Positions 40,260 to 52,241 of a stretch of 64,000 bases of DNA are shown in pieces; position 1 is the first letter of the stretch, and each line of letters starts with the position of its first letter. The notes below the pieces were generated by a model. The model saw nothing but the letters and a program-made list of their open reading frames with translations. It did no database searches and had not been told where the DNA came from. Made by a program: the position numbers and the translations under genes. The DNA lies in assembly GCA_945897435.1 (NCBI GenBank), contig CAMDFJ010000005.1, forward strand, positions 1,781 to 65,780. Reading direction: 5' to 3'. The stretch comes from Candidatus Kuenenia stuttgartensis. Its GTDB lineage: Bacteria > Planctomycetota > Planctomycetia > Pirellulales > UBA1268.

Positions 40260-40627
40260 CACACCACCTCGTTCGCAAGACTGACGATCTTCATAAAATT
40301 ACGGTCGCGAAGCTCACGAGCCACTGCGCCGAAGATGCGCGTGCCCTTGGGATTCTTGTCGTTGTCGACGATCACACAGGCGTTCGTATCGAACTGAACG
40401 TAGCTGCCGTCATCCCGGCGGGTGGGTCGTTTGCAGCGGACGATCACCGCCTTGACCACGGCCTTCTTCTTCACCTCGCTGCCGGCGATCACGCTCTTCA
40501 CGCTGCAGACGATGATGTCGCCAAGACCGGCGGTCCGCTTCTTGCTGCCTCCGAGCACCTTGAAGCACATCACTTCCTTGGCGCCGGTGTTGTCGGCCAC
40601 GACGAGCCGGGTCTGCATCTGGATCAT
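40259..40627 (-). CDS. rplN: 50S ribosomal protein L14
   Basis: [27 protein letters not shown]...122 aa. ATGA overlap with rpsQ. Confidence 0.97.
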   Translation of the reverse strand: MIQMQTRLVVADNTGAKEVMCFKVLGGSKKRTAGLGDIIVCSVKSVIAGSEVKKKAVVKAVIVRCKRPTRRDDGSYVQFDTNACVIVDNDKNPKGTRIFGAVARELRDRNFMKIVSLANEVV

Positions 40628-40989
40628 GTCGAGGCCCCTTCCTTTGCATCAGCACGACCGCCAGCCGCAGCCTCTTCGGCGCGGGCCGCCGATTCCTTGA
40701 TCTGGGTGGCTCGCGCACCGCTGCGAAGCGAGGCGACGTCAACCGCCGTGCTCTTGGCGACGACCCGCACCAACTCCCAGCGCTTCAGGCGACTGCGAGG
40801 ACGGCATTCGATGATCTCGACGGTGTCGCCAGGAGCAGACTCCTCGTGCTCGTCGTGCACGTGGCAGACGGTCCGGCGATGCTGGATCCGGCCATACTTG
40901 TGGTGACGAATGACCCGGGGAATCTCCACTCGCCGCGTCTTGCTTGCGGCGGCGCTGGTGACCGTACCGGTTTCGACTCGCTTGGGCAT
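40624..40989 (-). CDS. rpsQ: 30S ribosomal protein S17 (with ~35-aa C-terminal tail)
   Basis: [28 protein letters not shown]...[18 protein letters not shown]. Confidence 0.94.
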   Translation of the reverse strand: MPKRVETGTVTSAAASKTRRVEIPRVIRHHKYGRIQHRRTVCHVHDEHEESAPGDTVEIIECRPRSRLKRWELVRVVAKSTAVDVASLRSGARATQIKESAARAEEAAAGGRADAKEGAST

Positions 40990-41029
40990 TGAAACTTCCT
41001 CGATTACTTTCCGCGGTTACTTCCCGCCT

Positions 41030-41395
41030 TCAATTTCCGCTTTGCGTCCGCTTCTTGAACTCGCGCCGCCTGGCGACGCCCGCCTTGCCGGGAGCCTGCA
41101 CCTTGGCCCGGCCGCTGGCCCTCGGCCGTTTGGCATGCTTGGCGTGCAGTGTCTCATCGTGACCCTGACCGGCGGCATCCGTCTCGACGACGACAACGGC
41201 CACCTGACTACCCCGTTCGGCCAGGATGGTCTGGCAGCGGGCGATCGTCTTGCGACTCTTCCGCAGTTCCGTCGGCGCGGCGAGCTTTTCAGTCTGCGCC
41301 TGGAGTTTGAGCCGGAACAACGATTCCGCCGCATCCTTCCAGACGAGCCGGATTTGCTCGTCACTCATGTCGCGAATATCTCGAACTTTGCTCAT
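41030..41395 (-). CDS. rpmC: 50S ribosomal protein L29 (with ~55-aa basic C-terminal tail)
   Basis: MSKVRDIRDMSDEQIRLVWKDAAESLFRLKLQAQTEKL...RKTIARCQTILAER, then a K/R/A-rich tail. Trimmed from track ORF 41030..41545 to ATG 41395. Confidence 0.88.
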   Translation of the reverse strand: MSKVRDIRDMSDEQIRLVWKDAAESLFRLKLQAQTEKLAAPTELRKSRKTIARCQTILAERGSQVAVVVVETDAAGQGHDETLHAKHAKRPRASGRAKVQAPGKAGVARRREFKKRTQSGN

Positions 41396-41406
41396 GTGAT
41401 CGCTTC

Positions 41407-41823
41407 CTACATTGCCCGCCGCTTCACGAAGCGGACGCGGATCGGCATCTTGTGGGCCAGACGGGCCATGCAGACCCGGGCAGCGTCTTCCGAGACGCCA
41501 CCGATCTCGTAGAGGATCGTGCCCGGCTTGATGACGGCCGCCCAATACTCCGGCTCACCCTTGCCCTTACCCATTCGGGTTTCGAGCGGGATCGACGTGA
41601 TCGACTTGTGGGGAAACACGCGCACGTACAGCCTGCCCTCCGTGCGGAGGTACTGTTGGGCGGCGATTCGGCCTGCCTCGATCGTCGCGGCAGGCAGCCA
41701 TCCCGGCTGCTCGGCCTGAAGGCCGAAGTCGCCGAAGACGACGCGATTGCCGCGAGAGGCATCACCTCTTATACGCCCTCTTTGGCTTTTTCGGTGCTTG
41801 ACCCTCTTGGGCATCAGCGCCAT
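41407..41823 (-). CDS. rplP: 50S ribosomal protein L16
   Basis: MALMPKRVKHRKSQRGRIRG. The alternative ATG 41814 gives MPKRV. Confidence 0.96.
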   Translation of the reverse strand: MALMPKRVKHRKSQRGRIRGDASRGNRVVFGDFGLQAEQPGWLPAATIEAGRIAAQQYLRTEGRLYVRVFPHKSITSIPLETRMGKGKGEPEYWAAVIKPGTILYEIGGVSEDAARVCMARLAHKMPIRVRFVKRRAM

Positions 41824-42457
41824 CGCCGTTCTCCTCGTACATGCCTTGGTTGACCCACACCTGAATTCCGATGTTGCCCTGCGCCGTGGGAGCCTCGCAG
41901 AACCCGTAATCGATTTTTGCCCGGAGCGTCGACAGCGGCATTGAGCCGGCGATCGCCTTTTCGCAACGCGACATCTCGGCGCCGCCGAGGCGTCCGGCGA
42001 GTTGGATCTTCACGCCCTTTGCGCCCGCGTCCATCGTCGTGTCGATCGCCCGCTTGAGGGTTCGGCGGAAGGCAGCCCGCTTGACGAGCTGGTCGGCGAT
42101 GTCCTCCGCGATCAGCTGTGCCTGGATCTCCGGCCGGGAGACTTCCTCGACCTTGAGATTGACGCGACGCCCAATCAGCTCCTGCAGTTCATCCTGCAGG
42201 CGGTCGACCTCCTGCCCCTTGCGGCCGATGATCACGCCCGGCCGTGCCGAGTGGAGGATCACCTTGACCTCATCCCGGGTCCGCTCGATCTCAACCTTCG
42301 GGATCGCGGCGGCCCGATACTTGGTCTTGAGGAATTTCCGAACACGAAAGTCCTCCATCAAAAGATCCCGGAAATCCTTCTTCGAGGCATACCAGCGGCT
42401 CTTCCACGGTTCGGTGACGCCGACGCGAAAACCGACAGGATTGACTTTCTGACCCAT
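41762..42457 (-). CDS. rpsC: 30S ribosomal protein S3
   Basis: MGQKVNPVGFRVGV with KH domain and basic tail APKKPKRAYKR. The 3' end overlaps rplP by 53-62 nt. Confidence 0.96.
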   Translation of the reverse strand: MGQKVNPVGFRVGVTEPWKSRWYASKKDFRDLLMEDFRVRKFLKTKYRAAAIPKVEIERTRDEVKVILHSARPGVIIGRKGQEVDRLQDELQELIGRRVNLKVEEVSRPEIQAQLIAEDIADQLVKRAAFRRTLKRAIDTTMDAGAKGVKIQLAGRLGGAEMSRCEKAIAGSMPLSTLRAKIDYGFCEAPTAQGNIGIQVWVNQGMYEENGDGADAQEGQAPKKPKRAYKR

Positions 42458-42581
42458 AACTCTTGCCTCTTCTCAGGGGATCGCGAGGATCGCCTTGCCT
42501 CTGTGTTCGTATATCTGGTGTTGCTTGACGGACTACCTTGTCGCACTGCCTTGAAAGACTGGGGTCTGCGGGATCGGCTGC

Positions 42582-42926
42582 CTACTCAGCCGCAACTGTC
42601 GTGTCGAGGGCCACCTTGATGTGCGACATGCGTCGCTTGATCCCGAACGCCATGCCCCTGGCCCGCGGACGGATCCGCTTGAACATCGGCCCCTCATCGA
42701 TTCGGGCGTCCACGACGACCAGGTCACCGACTCCCTGGGCCTGCTGGTGCTCGGCATTGCCCAGGGCGCTTTTGATCACCTTCTCCAGCATCCGCGCACC
42801 GCGGTGGGGCTGAAACCGAAGAATGTCGAGCGCATCATCGGCGAACTTGCCGCGGACGAGGTCGGCCAGTGCCCGCACCTTGCGGGCGCTGATCCGGGCA
42901 TATTTGTGGGTGGCTGTGTATGGCAT
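42582..42926 (-). CDS. rplV: 50S ribosomal protein L22
   Basis: ARISARKVRALADLVRGK...KRIRPRARGMAFGIKRRMSHI. Confidence 0.96.
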   Translation of the reverse strand: MPYTATHKYARISARKVRALADLVRGKFADDALDILRFQPHRGARMLEKVIKSALGNAEHQQAQGVGDLVVVDARIDEGPMFKRIRPRARGMAFGIKRRMSHIKVALDTTVAAE

Positions 42927-42952
42927 GAGTCAGATCCTTGTCTTGGCACGGC

Positions 42953-43234
42953 CTACTTGGCCGGAGCCTCCTTCACCTTGCCGCCGTGGCCGCGGAACGT
43001 GCGGGTTGGCGAAAACTCACCGAGTTTGTGGCCGACCATGTCCTCGGTGACAAACACCTTCACGTGCTGTTTGCCGTTGTGAACCATGAACGTCAGCCCG
43101 ATGAACTCCGGCACGATCGTGCACGACCTCGACCAGGTCTTGATCGGATCCCGCTTGCCGGAAGACAGTTGAGCATCCACCTTTTCGTAGAGGCGGGGGT
43201 CGACGTACGGTCCTTTTTTTGCGCTGCGTCCCAT
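42953..43234 (-). CDS. rpsS: 30S ribosomal protein S19
   Basis: [12 protein letters not shown]...[35 protein letters not shown]. Confidence 0.97.
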   Translation of the reverse strand: MGRSAKKGPYVDPRLYEKVDAQLSSGKRDPIKTWSRSCTIVPEFIGLTFMVHNGKQHVKVFVTEDMVGHKLGEFSPTRTFRGHGGKVKEAPAK

Positions 43235-43294
43235 GGATCGGTTGCCGGATGTGTAAGCGTGGGGTAGAGACAGGCCGGGGCCCGCCCTGAGGGA

Positions 43295-44152
43295 TTAACG
43301 GAGTTTCAACTGGCCGTAACGACGGCTCTTGCGACGACGGATGATGGCGGCGCCGGATGGCTTCCGCGGCTTGCGTGTGCCGCCACCCTTGGCACTCTTG
43401 CCGGTCGGACTGACGGGGTGCCGACCACCCTTGGTGCGACCCTCGCCACCGCCGTGGGGGTGATCGATGGGATTCATGGCCGTGCCGCGAACATGGGGGC
43501 GAATGCCCATCCATCGCTTCCGGCCGGCCTTTCCGAGCACGACGTTCATGTGCTCCGAGTTGCCGATCGCTCCGATCGTTGCCCGACAGGCGGCCGGCAC
43601 GCGGCGAATTTCACCGCTCGGCAGCGTGAGTTGGGCCCACTGCGACTCGCGAGCCACGAGCACGGCCGCCGACCCGGCGGACCGGCAGAGCCGTCCACCC
43701 CTGCCCTGCTGGAGTTCGATGTTGTGAATCTGCATCCCGAGAGGAATCGCCGACATTGGCAGGCAGTTGCCGACCTCTGGCGGAGCCTGCTCGCCGCTTT
43801 GAACCTTCGTTCCGACCTTCAGGCCCTCAGGAGCCAGGATGAATCGCTTCTCGCCGTCGGCATAACAGATCAGAGCCACGCGGCAGGTTCGATTGGGATC
43901 GTACTGGATCGATTCAACCGTGCCGGGGACACCGTCTTTGTTGCGACGGAAGTCGATCAGCCGGTAGTGCTGCTTGTGGCCGCCGCCGCGGTGCCTCGAG
44001 GTGATCTTGCCCTGATTGTTGCGACCACCGGTCTTGTGCTTGCGGAAACGAAGCTGCTTCGGAGCCTCGGCGCCGGGCGTCAGGTCAGCGAAGTCGGAAA
44101 CGCTCGCGCCACGGCGGCCGGGACTGGTCGGGTTGTAGGTGCGAATGCCCAT
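43295..44152 (-). CDS. rplB: 50S ribosomal protein L2
   Basis: [42 protein letters not shown]. Confidence 0.97.
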   Translation of the reverse strand: MGIRTYNPTSPGRRGASVSDFADLTPGAEAPKQLRFRKHKTGGRNNQGKITSRHRGGGHKQHYRLIDFRRNKDGVPGTVESIQYDPNRTCRVALICYADGEKRFILAPEGLKVGTKVQSGEQAPPEVGNCLPMSAIPLGMQIHNIELQQGRGGRLCRSAGSAAVLVARESQWAQLTLPSGEIRRVPAACRATIGAIGNSEHMNVVLGKAGRKRWMGIRPHVRGTAMNPIDHPHGGGEGRTKGGRHPVSPTGKSAKGGGTRKPRKPSGAAIIRRRKSRRYGQLKLR

Positions 44153-44216
44153 GGGTCAAAAATCCTGCTGACGAAACTCGTGTGGCGGAGTGCTGGTCGT
44201 GAGTGAGAGCGGGCTT

Positions 44217-44537
44217 CTAGAAAAGGTTGATCTTGAAGTCGGGCTTGAGCGTGACAACGGCCTTCTTCCAGGCCTTGGCGCTGGTCCGCCGCGTCCTGCT
44301 TCGCCGGGCCTTGCCGACCCGGTTTTGAACCGCGATCTTCTCGACCTTGACGTTGAACAGTTCCTCGACTGCCCGACGGACGTCGGCCTTGGTGGCCTCC
44401 GTGGCGACCTCGAAGGAGTAGGCGTTGTGGCGAGTGGCCCGATGCATGCCCTTTTCGGTCAGCAGCGGACGCACGAGCACCTGATGGGGCGCCAGCCGGG
44501 GAGAAAAACTCGGTGGAGGAGGAACAGGAACGGCCAT
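44217..44537 (-). CDS. rplW: 50S ribosomal protein L23
   Basis: LVRPLLTEKGMHRATRHNAYSFEVATEATKADVRRAVEELFNVKV. Confidence 0.94.
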   Translation of the reverse strand: MAVPVPPPPSFSPRLAPHQVLVRPLLTEKGMHRATRHNAYSFEVATEATKADVRRAVEELFNVKVEKIAVQNRVGKARRSRTRRTSAKAWKKAVVTLKPDFKINLF

Positions 44538-44540
44538 GGA

Positions 44541-45344
44541 CTACGCCTCCTTCTTGGTCTTGGTGCGGGCGGGCGACCCGCCAGATGGACCGGCCTTGCC
44601 ACGGGCCTTGGCAGTCGTGGCCTTCGCAGCCCGCTTCGGCTTTGCAGCCGGTGCAGGCTCCTTGCGACGCGACGCGGATCGCTTGGTCGCCTTCTTCGCC
44701 CCGGCCGCCGCCGGCTTGCGGGCGGTGAGTGTGGCCCGAAATGCATCGATGGCAGCCGTCGTCATGACGATCGCACGGGGCCGCAGGATCGACCAGGCGT
44801 TCAGATCTCCAACCGGAGCGACCGAAACGCCGTCGATGTTGCGAAAGCTCTTCCAGAGATTGTCGTCGTGCTTCTCGGGAGAAACGAGCACCGAATGCTC
44901 ACCGAGGCCGAGAGCACCGAGCAGTTTCGACGCGACCGACGTTTTTGGGGCGTTCAACGGCAGCTTGTCGATCAGCTTGACCTCGTCATCGGCGAGCCGG
45001 GAGGCAAGCGCCATTCGGGTCGCCGTCTGAAGAGCCTTACGAGGCATCCGCCAGCCAAAATCGCGGGGCCGCTTGGCGAAAATATGGCCGCCGCCCCGGC
45101 GGGTGCCACTTCGGCGGCCACCGGCACGGGCATTGCCGGTACCCTTCTGCCGATAGAGCTTCTTGGTCGACCCTGCCACCTCGCCGCGGGTCTTGGTTTT
45201 CTGCGTGCCCTGACGCTGGTTCGCCTGGTACATGACCACGGCGTCGTGCAGCAATTGCTTGCTGACGGAGGGAGCAAGCTCTGCCGGGTCGATCTCGTAC
45301 GACCCGACCTGCTTCCCACTGATGTCGTAGACGGCCAGATTCAC
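44541..45344 (-). CDS. rplD: 50S ribosomal protein L4 (with ~60-aa Ala/Lys-rich tail)
   Basis: QGTQKTKTRGEVAGSTKKLYRQKGTGNARAG. GTG start overlapping the rplC stop. Confidence 0.94.
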   Translation of the reverse strand: MNLAVYDISGKQVGSYEIDPAELAPSVSKQLLHDAVVMYQANQRQGTQKTKTRGEVAGSTKKLYRQKGTGNARAGGRRSGTRRGGGHIFAKRPRDFGWRMPRKALQTATRMALASRLADDEVKLIDKLPLNAPKTSVASKLLGALGLGEHSVLVSPEKHDDNLWKSFRNIDGVSVAPVGDLNAWSILRPRAIVMTTAAIDAFRATLTARKPAAAGAKKATKRSASRRKEPAPAAKPKRAAKATTAKARGKAGPSGGSPARTKTKKEA

Positions 45345-46141
45345 TTCGCACCCGCCTTCTTCTTGCCGGCCGGCGCGGCCGGGCCACCGATTCTCTTGAT
45401 CTTGTTGGTCTGCTGGACGATCACGTACGAGCCGTTTGGACCGGGGATCGCACCACGAACCAGCAGCAGATTGTGATCCTTGTCCACCTGCACGAGCTTG
45501 AGATTCCGCATCGTCGAACGCTCGTTGCCGTAGCGGCCTGCCATCCGCTTGCCCTTGAAGACGCGGGCAGGCGAGGTGTTCATGCTCGTGCCACCCTGGT
45601 GGCGATGAACCTTCTTCACGCCATGGCTGGCACGCTGCCCCTTGAAGCCGTGCCGCTTCATGACGCCCGCGGTACCACGGCCCTTGCTCACGCCCGTGAC
45701 ATCGACGGACGGCACGCCGTCGAAGAGTTCGACAGTCAGCACCTGGCCAACCTCGACGCCCTCATAGACGCCGCGAAACTCGCGGACAAAACGCTTCGGC
45801 TCGCAGTCGGCCTTGGGCGACAGCGTCACGCCCCCTTCGGCAAGCCGCTTGCTTCGCTTGCTGTCGAGTTTGGCGACCTGGCCGCGAATGGAACGGCTGG
45901 CCAGACGCCTGGGCTTGTCGAGAAATCCGACCTGCACGGCCGCATAGCCGTCGCGGTCGGCCGTCCGAACCAGCGTCACATTGCAGGGACCGGCTTCGAT
46001 CACGGTGACAGGCACCGCGGTGCCGTTGGCATCGAATATCTGCGTCATTCCGACCTTGCGGCCCAGCAGGCCTTTTCGACCCGCCTTGTCACTCGAGCCC
46101 TTGCGGCCCGCAACGCCATTCACAGTCATATTCATCGCCAT
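45341..46141 (-). CDS. rplC: 50S ribosomal protein L3 (N-terminally extended)
   Basis: GLLGRKVGMTQIFD...FKGQRASHGVKKVHRHQGGTS. There are three ATGs within the first 5 codons. Confidence 0.94.
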   Translation of the reverse strand: MAMNMTVNGVAGRKGSSDKAGRKGLLGRKVGMTQIFDANGTAVPVTVIEAGPCNVTLVRTADRDGYAAVQVGFLDKPRRLASRSIRGQVAKLDSKRSKRLAEGGVTLSPKADCEPKRFVREFRGVYEGVEVGQVLTVELFDGVPSVDVTGVSKGRGTAGVMKRHGFKGQRASHGVKKVHRHQGGTSMNTSPARVFKGKRMAGRYGNERSTMRNLKLVQVDKDHNLLLVRGAIPGPNGSYVIVQQTNKIKRIGGPAAPAGKKKAGAK

Positions 46142-46361
46142 CGAAGCATTGTCCGGAGGATTCGGCAGCCGACGGCTACCGACCCCGAATACGCCTCTCG
46201 TTCACGCTCGAAGCCGCTGGCTGCGGGAGCATCCGACACCCCCTTTCGGAGAATGCCGGGCCTTACCCGCAACGCCTTCCAAGCATGCCGTGTGGTGCGC
46301 TCCTGAAAGTGAAACCCTTGTTCGTTCGATCCCACGGCATCGGCCGCAGAACCGCCCCCTG

Positions 46362-46688
46362 CTAACGCGAGGAGGCCTTGATCTTGATATCGACGCCTGC
46401 AGGCAGGCTCAGTTTGTTGAGTGCTTCGATCGTCTTGGCCGTGGCCTGAACGATGTCGATCACCCGCTTGTGTGTTCGGATCTCGTACTGCTGCCGGGCC
46501 TTCTTGTCGATGTGCGGACTCGAGAGCACGGTGTACCGCTCAACCCGGGTGGGAAGCGGAATCGGGCCGTGCACCTCGGAGTTGGTCCGCTTCGCGGTGT
46601 CGACGATCTCAGCAGCGCTCTGATCGAGCACGGCGTGGTCGTAGGCCTCCATGCGGATGCGGATGATTTCCTGTGTCGGACCAGCCAC
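46362..46688 (-). CDS. rpsJ: 30S ribosomal protein S10
   Basis: [27 protein letters not shown]...[13 protein letters not shown] start. Confidence 0.96.
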   Translation of the reverse strand: MAGPTQEIIRIRMEAYDHAVLDQSAAEIVDTAKRTNSEVHGPIPLPTRVERYTVLSSPHIDKKARQQYEIRTHKRVIDIVQATAKTIEALNKLSLPAGVDIKIKASSR

Positions 46689-46760
46689 GCGTAAAACTCC
46701 AATATTTGCCGGGCGCCAGACGCTTCCGGCCAGTTTTGGCCGGGAAACGCGGAGCCCCAG

Positions 46761-46789
46761 AAACTAAATCTGCCGGCGGAGTGTGTCAA
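46761..46789 (-). promoter_or_regulatory. Candidate sigma-70-type promoter of the S10 operon
   Basis: On the minus strand, TTGACA (46789-46784), a 17-nt spacer, then TAGTTT (46766-46761), about 70 nt upstream of the rpsJ start. The -10 element is only 3/6. Confidence 0.3.
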
Positions 46790-46847
46790 CAACCTGAAAA
46801 AATGAGCCTGCGCCAGCCGATATCGGCCATCGCACTGCGGTCGATAC

Positions 46848-47636
46848 TCAATTTTTTACAGGCTCTCCCGCAGCAATCCTCGCCAGTCGGAGGTCTCGAA
46901 ACTCGACCCACATCGGCTTGCCGGCGTGTAATTGCAGGGCCAAAACGCCCTCACGCAGGGCTTTGGCCGGGTCTTCGTCGGTGAAGTCGAGGATCAGGCG
47001 GCCATTGAGCCAGTGCCGGATCCGGTTTCCCTCGGCCCGGATGACGACCTCGTTCCAGTCGTCGATCTTCATGATCCGGGCAAAATCCTCCTGGCCGATC
47101 AGTGTTCCCGTGACCTGCTTTCCGCCTTCGGCCTTCCAGACGGCCTGCTCGCCGGCCTGGCAGATCCGCTGTCGGCCGCCGGCCCCGCCCCCCTCGTCGT
47201 AGATAAACCCCGAAACGTTGGGGAATGTCATTTCGTTGCGGAGTTCGTGCTGATACCCACGGACGACCCAGGCGTTCTTGGCCGTGGCATCGGTGATCCG
47301 CTTCGAGCGGTACTGGATGCCCGAGTTGTTGGCCGCGTTGCAACGGAAGGAGAGCCGGAGTTCGAAATCCCCAACCTCGCCCCCCTTCCAGATCAGGAAG
47401 GTGTTGCCGTTGGCCGGGTTCTCCTGGGTGGTCTCCCCGTGGATCACGCCGTCCCTCACGCTCCAGAGCCGCGGATCGCCGTCCCAACCGGCCAGATCCT
47501 TGCCGTTGAAGAGTTGCTGCATCGTGGCCGGCACCGGCGGCGGCGAGGCGACGGGAGGCTGCTCCGCCCAGAGGTTGGCTCCAACGAGCAGGCCAAAGAA
47601 CGACGCAGCGAAGGGCAGGAACGGGCGAGAAGGCAT
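46848..47636 (-). CDS. DUF1080 (3-keto-disaccharide hydrolase-like) secreted protein
   Basis: Signal peptide MPSRPFLPFAASFFGLLVGANLWA, then LFNGKDLAGWDG...W.V.DGVIHGE, NSGIQYRS, DWNEVVIRAEGNRIRHWLNG, LALQLH...VEFRDLRL. Trimmed from the track ORF (to 47915) to ATG 47636. Confidence 0.8.
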   Translation of the reverse strand: MPSRPFLPFAASFFGLLVGANLWAEQPPVASPPPVPATMQQLFNGKDLAGWDGDPRLWSVRDGVIHGETTQENPANGNTFLIWKGGEVGDFELRLSFRCNAANNSGIQYRSKRITDATAKNAWVVRGYQHELRNEMTFPNVSGFIYDEGGGAGGRQRICQAGEQAVWKAEGGKQVTGTLIGQEDFARIMKIDDWNEVVIRAEGNRIRHWLNGRLILDFTDEDPAKALREGVLALQLHAGKPMWVEFRDLRLARIAAGEPVKN

Positions 47637-47712
47637 CGACGTTCTCCTGATGGGAAAGTGAGGGCGTTCACGCCCGATTCTACACGCTGTTTCGGCCATT
47701 TCGTCGGCAGAA

Positions 47713-49812
<2,100 letters not shown>

Positions 49813-49869
49813 GTCATTGACCGGGCTTGAACGCGGGCCGGGCCTGAGGGCGGCCGCAGGGGTGGCTCA

Positions 49870-51723
49870 TCACATCCGCTCCGGAACGGGGATGCCGAGC
49901 AGTTCGAGGCCGGTGCGGAGCGAACGGCCGGTGAGATCGCAGAGCGCCAGCCTGGTCGCCCGCTCGGCGCCCTCTGCCCTGAGCACGGGGAGGGCGTCGT
50001 AGAACGTCGAGTAGGCACCGGCGACGCCGAACAGATAGGAGGTGAGCAGGTTTGGTCGGTAGTCGGCCTCCACATCCTCGAGTGCCTCGCCGAACCGCAC
50101 CAGCGCGATCGCCAGGGCTCTCTCGCGTGGATCGGTCAGCGGGCCCGAAGCCGCCTCATGCCGCACCTGCCCGCGGTCGATGCCCCCCTTCGCGAAGATC
50201 CCCTCCACCCGGGCCACCGCATACTGCATGTAGGCGGCCGTGTTGCCGGTGAGTTGCAGCATCTTGTCGAAGCTGAAGACGTAGTCTGTGGTCCGGTTTT
50301 GCGACAGGTCGGCGTACTTGATCGCCCCGATCCCCACCCCCTCGGCAATCCGCTGCCGTTGCTCGGACGACATGCCTGTGCCACGTTCGACGTCGGCAGC
50401 CGTCACCACGCCGAGCGCCCGCGACACGCCCTCGTCGAGCAGGGCCTCGAGGCCGACGGTGTCGCCCGCCCTGGTCTTGAAGGGCTTGCCGTCGTCGCCG
50501 AGCACTGTCCCGAAGGCGACATGGACGAGTTCGACCGGGCCGAGGTCCCCCTGCCAGCGGCGGGCGGTTGCGAAGACCTGCTCGAAGTGCTGGCTTTGGC
50601 GGTGATCGACAACGTACAGGACCCGATCGGGCCTCCAGTGCTCGATCCGCCAGCGGATCGTGGCCAGGTCGGTGGTGGCGTAGAGAAAGGCGCCGTCGGC
50701 CTTGCGAATCAGGAGCGGCGGAGCCTCTTCGCCCCCGAGAAATACGCCGATCGCCCCCCGACTCTCGCGGGCGATGCCCGTTGCCAGCAGATCGTCAACC
50801 ACGCCGGCCAGCATCGGCTGATAGAAGCTCTCGCCCAGCGTGTGATCGAAGGAGACGTTCAGCCTGGCGTAGATCCTCTCGATTTCCGCCCGGCAGACGG
50901 GCATGAATCGTTCCCAGAGAGCCCTGTTTTGCGGGTCGCCTTCATGCAGCTTTGCCGTCTCCGCCAGCACCTCGCGGCCGGCCTCGGGGTGCTCCGCTGC
51001 CAGCGTCGCTGCCTTTGGATCGAGGGCCAGTTCTTCCGGTTTGGCATCGGCCACCTTGCGGACGAGCCGGTACAGGCGGCCGAGTTCGGCGGTTGGATCG
51101 GCGGCGAAGGCGTCGTCGTCGCGGCAGTGCTTCCAGCCCCAGAGGATCATCCCGAACTGGGTTCCCCAGTCGCCGAGATGGTTGTCGGTGATCGTGGTGT
51201 GGCCGCGGAAGCGGAGGATTTTGGCGAGGGCGTCACCGATCACCGTGGAGCGGATGTGGCCGACGTGCATCGGCTTGGCGACATTTGGGGAGCTGTAATC
51301 GAGGACGATCGTCTCTGGCTCGGCGACGGGAGCGATCCCCATCCGTGGATCCCGGACCGCGGTGTTCACCGCCCTGACAAGCGCCTCGTCCCGGACCCGA
51401 AGATTGATGAACCCCGGACCGACCGGCTCGGATGGTGCATCGAACAGGTCGGCCAGATCGAGCCGGCGGATGATCTCGATCGCCAGATCGCGTGGCTTTT
51501 TCCCCGCCCGCTTGGCCAGCCCCATCGCCATCGTGCCGGAGTAGTCGCCATGTTTGGGATCGGCGGTCTCCCTGACCTGTTCGACCAGAGCGGGCAGTTC
51601 CTCGGGGGCGATCGTTACCAGGCCATCGGCAGAGAGCCGTTCCAGGGCCCGGCGAAACATCCCCCGCAGGGCCGTCCTGAAGCTGGGCTTGCCAGCGGTG
51701 TCGTCCTCGACAGCGGCCGCCAT
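49870..51723 (-). CDS. argS: Arginine--tRNA ligase
   Basis: Class I HIGH region PNVAKPMHVGHIRSTVIGD and the DALR anticodon domain at the C-terminus. ATG 51723 shares one base with the rsfS stop. The track ORF extends to 51792. Confidence 0.92.
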   Translation of the reverse strand: MAAAVEDDTAGKPSFRTALRGMFRRALERLSADGLVTIAPEELPALVEQVRETADPKHGDYSGTMAMGLAKRAGKKPRDLAIEIIRRLDLADLFDAPSEPVGPGFINLRVRDEALVRAVNTAVRDPRMGIAPVAEPETIVLDYSSPNVAKPMHVGHIRSTVIGDALAKILRFRGHTTITDNHLGDWGTQFGMILWGWKHCRDDDAFAADPTAELGRLYRLVRKVADAKPEELALDPKAATLAAEHPEAGREVLAETAKLHEGDPQNRALWERFMPVCRAEIERIYARLNVSFDHTLGESFYQPMLAGVVDDLLATGIARESRGAIGVFLGGEEAPPLLIRKADGAFLYATTDLATIRWRIEHWRPDRVLYVVDHRQSQHFEQVFATARRWQGDLGPVELVHVAFGTVLGDDGKPFKTRAGDTVGLEALLDEGVSRALGVVTAADVERGTGMSSEQRQRIAEGVGIGAIKYADLSQNRTTDYVFSFDKMLQLTGNTAAYMQYAVARVEGIFAKGGIDRGQVRHEAASGPLTDPRERALAIALVRFGEALEDVEADYRPNLLTSYLFGVAGAYSTFYDALPVLRAEGAERATRLALCDLTGRSLRTGLELLGIPVPERM

Positions 51724-52121
51724 CACCGGGCCGCCCCCGCCGCGGGAAGGCCGACGGTTCCGGCATCGCTCCAGAGATTTTCGATGTCCCAATATTCCCT
51801 GGAATCGGCATCGAACAGATGCACGACGACATCGCCGTAGTCGAGCACGATCCAGCGGCCCTCCTCGTAGCCCTCGGAGCCGCGACGCCGGTCGTGGAGT
51901 TCGGTCTTGACGACCTTCTCGATCTCGTCGGCCATGGCGTGGATCTGCCGCCTGCTCGTGCCGGTGGCGATCACGAAATAGTCGAAAAGCTGCGTCAGTT
52001 TTCGCAGATCGAGGACCTTCACCTCGGTACCACGCGACTCCGCGGCCACGCGGGCGGCCGTGAGGGCGAGCCGGCGGGCTGGGTCTGCGGCGGGATCGGC
52101 TGCCTTGGCTGCGGGTGTCAC
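51723..52121 (-). CDS. rsfS: Ribosome silencing factor RsfS (iojap family)
   Basis: VLDLRKLTQLFDYFVIATGTSRRQIHAMADEI...WIVLDYGDVVVHLFDADSREYWDIENLW. Confidence 0.9.
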   Translation of the reverse strand: MTPAAKAADPAADPARRLALTAARVAAESRGTEVKVLDLRKLTQLFDYFVIATGTSRRQIHAMADEIEKVVKTELHDRRRGSEGYEEGRWIVLDYGDVVVHLFDADSREYWDIENLWSDAGTVGLPAAGAAR

Positions 52122-52241
52122 GAGATGGAGGATCTCTGGAAGATTGGAAACGCTGGCGAGTTGAGTCTATCCGCGGGACACCCCGACCGACAGATGACCG
52201 CCCGTTCCCTCAGGTCCAAAGCCTCGTTGGATCGCGGAGCC

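Noticed and set aside
46318-46340. tRNA-like T-loop string GTTCGTTCGATCCCAC in the rpsJ-rplC gap
   Set aside because: The flanking 5-nt segments are not complementary (GTTCG versus CCACG), and I could not draw an acceptor or anticodon stem around it.
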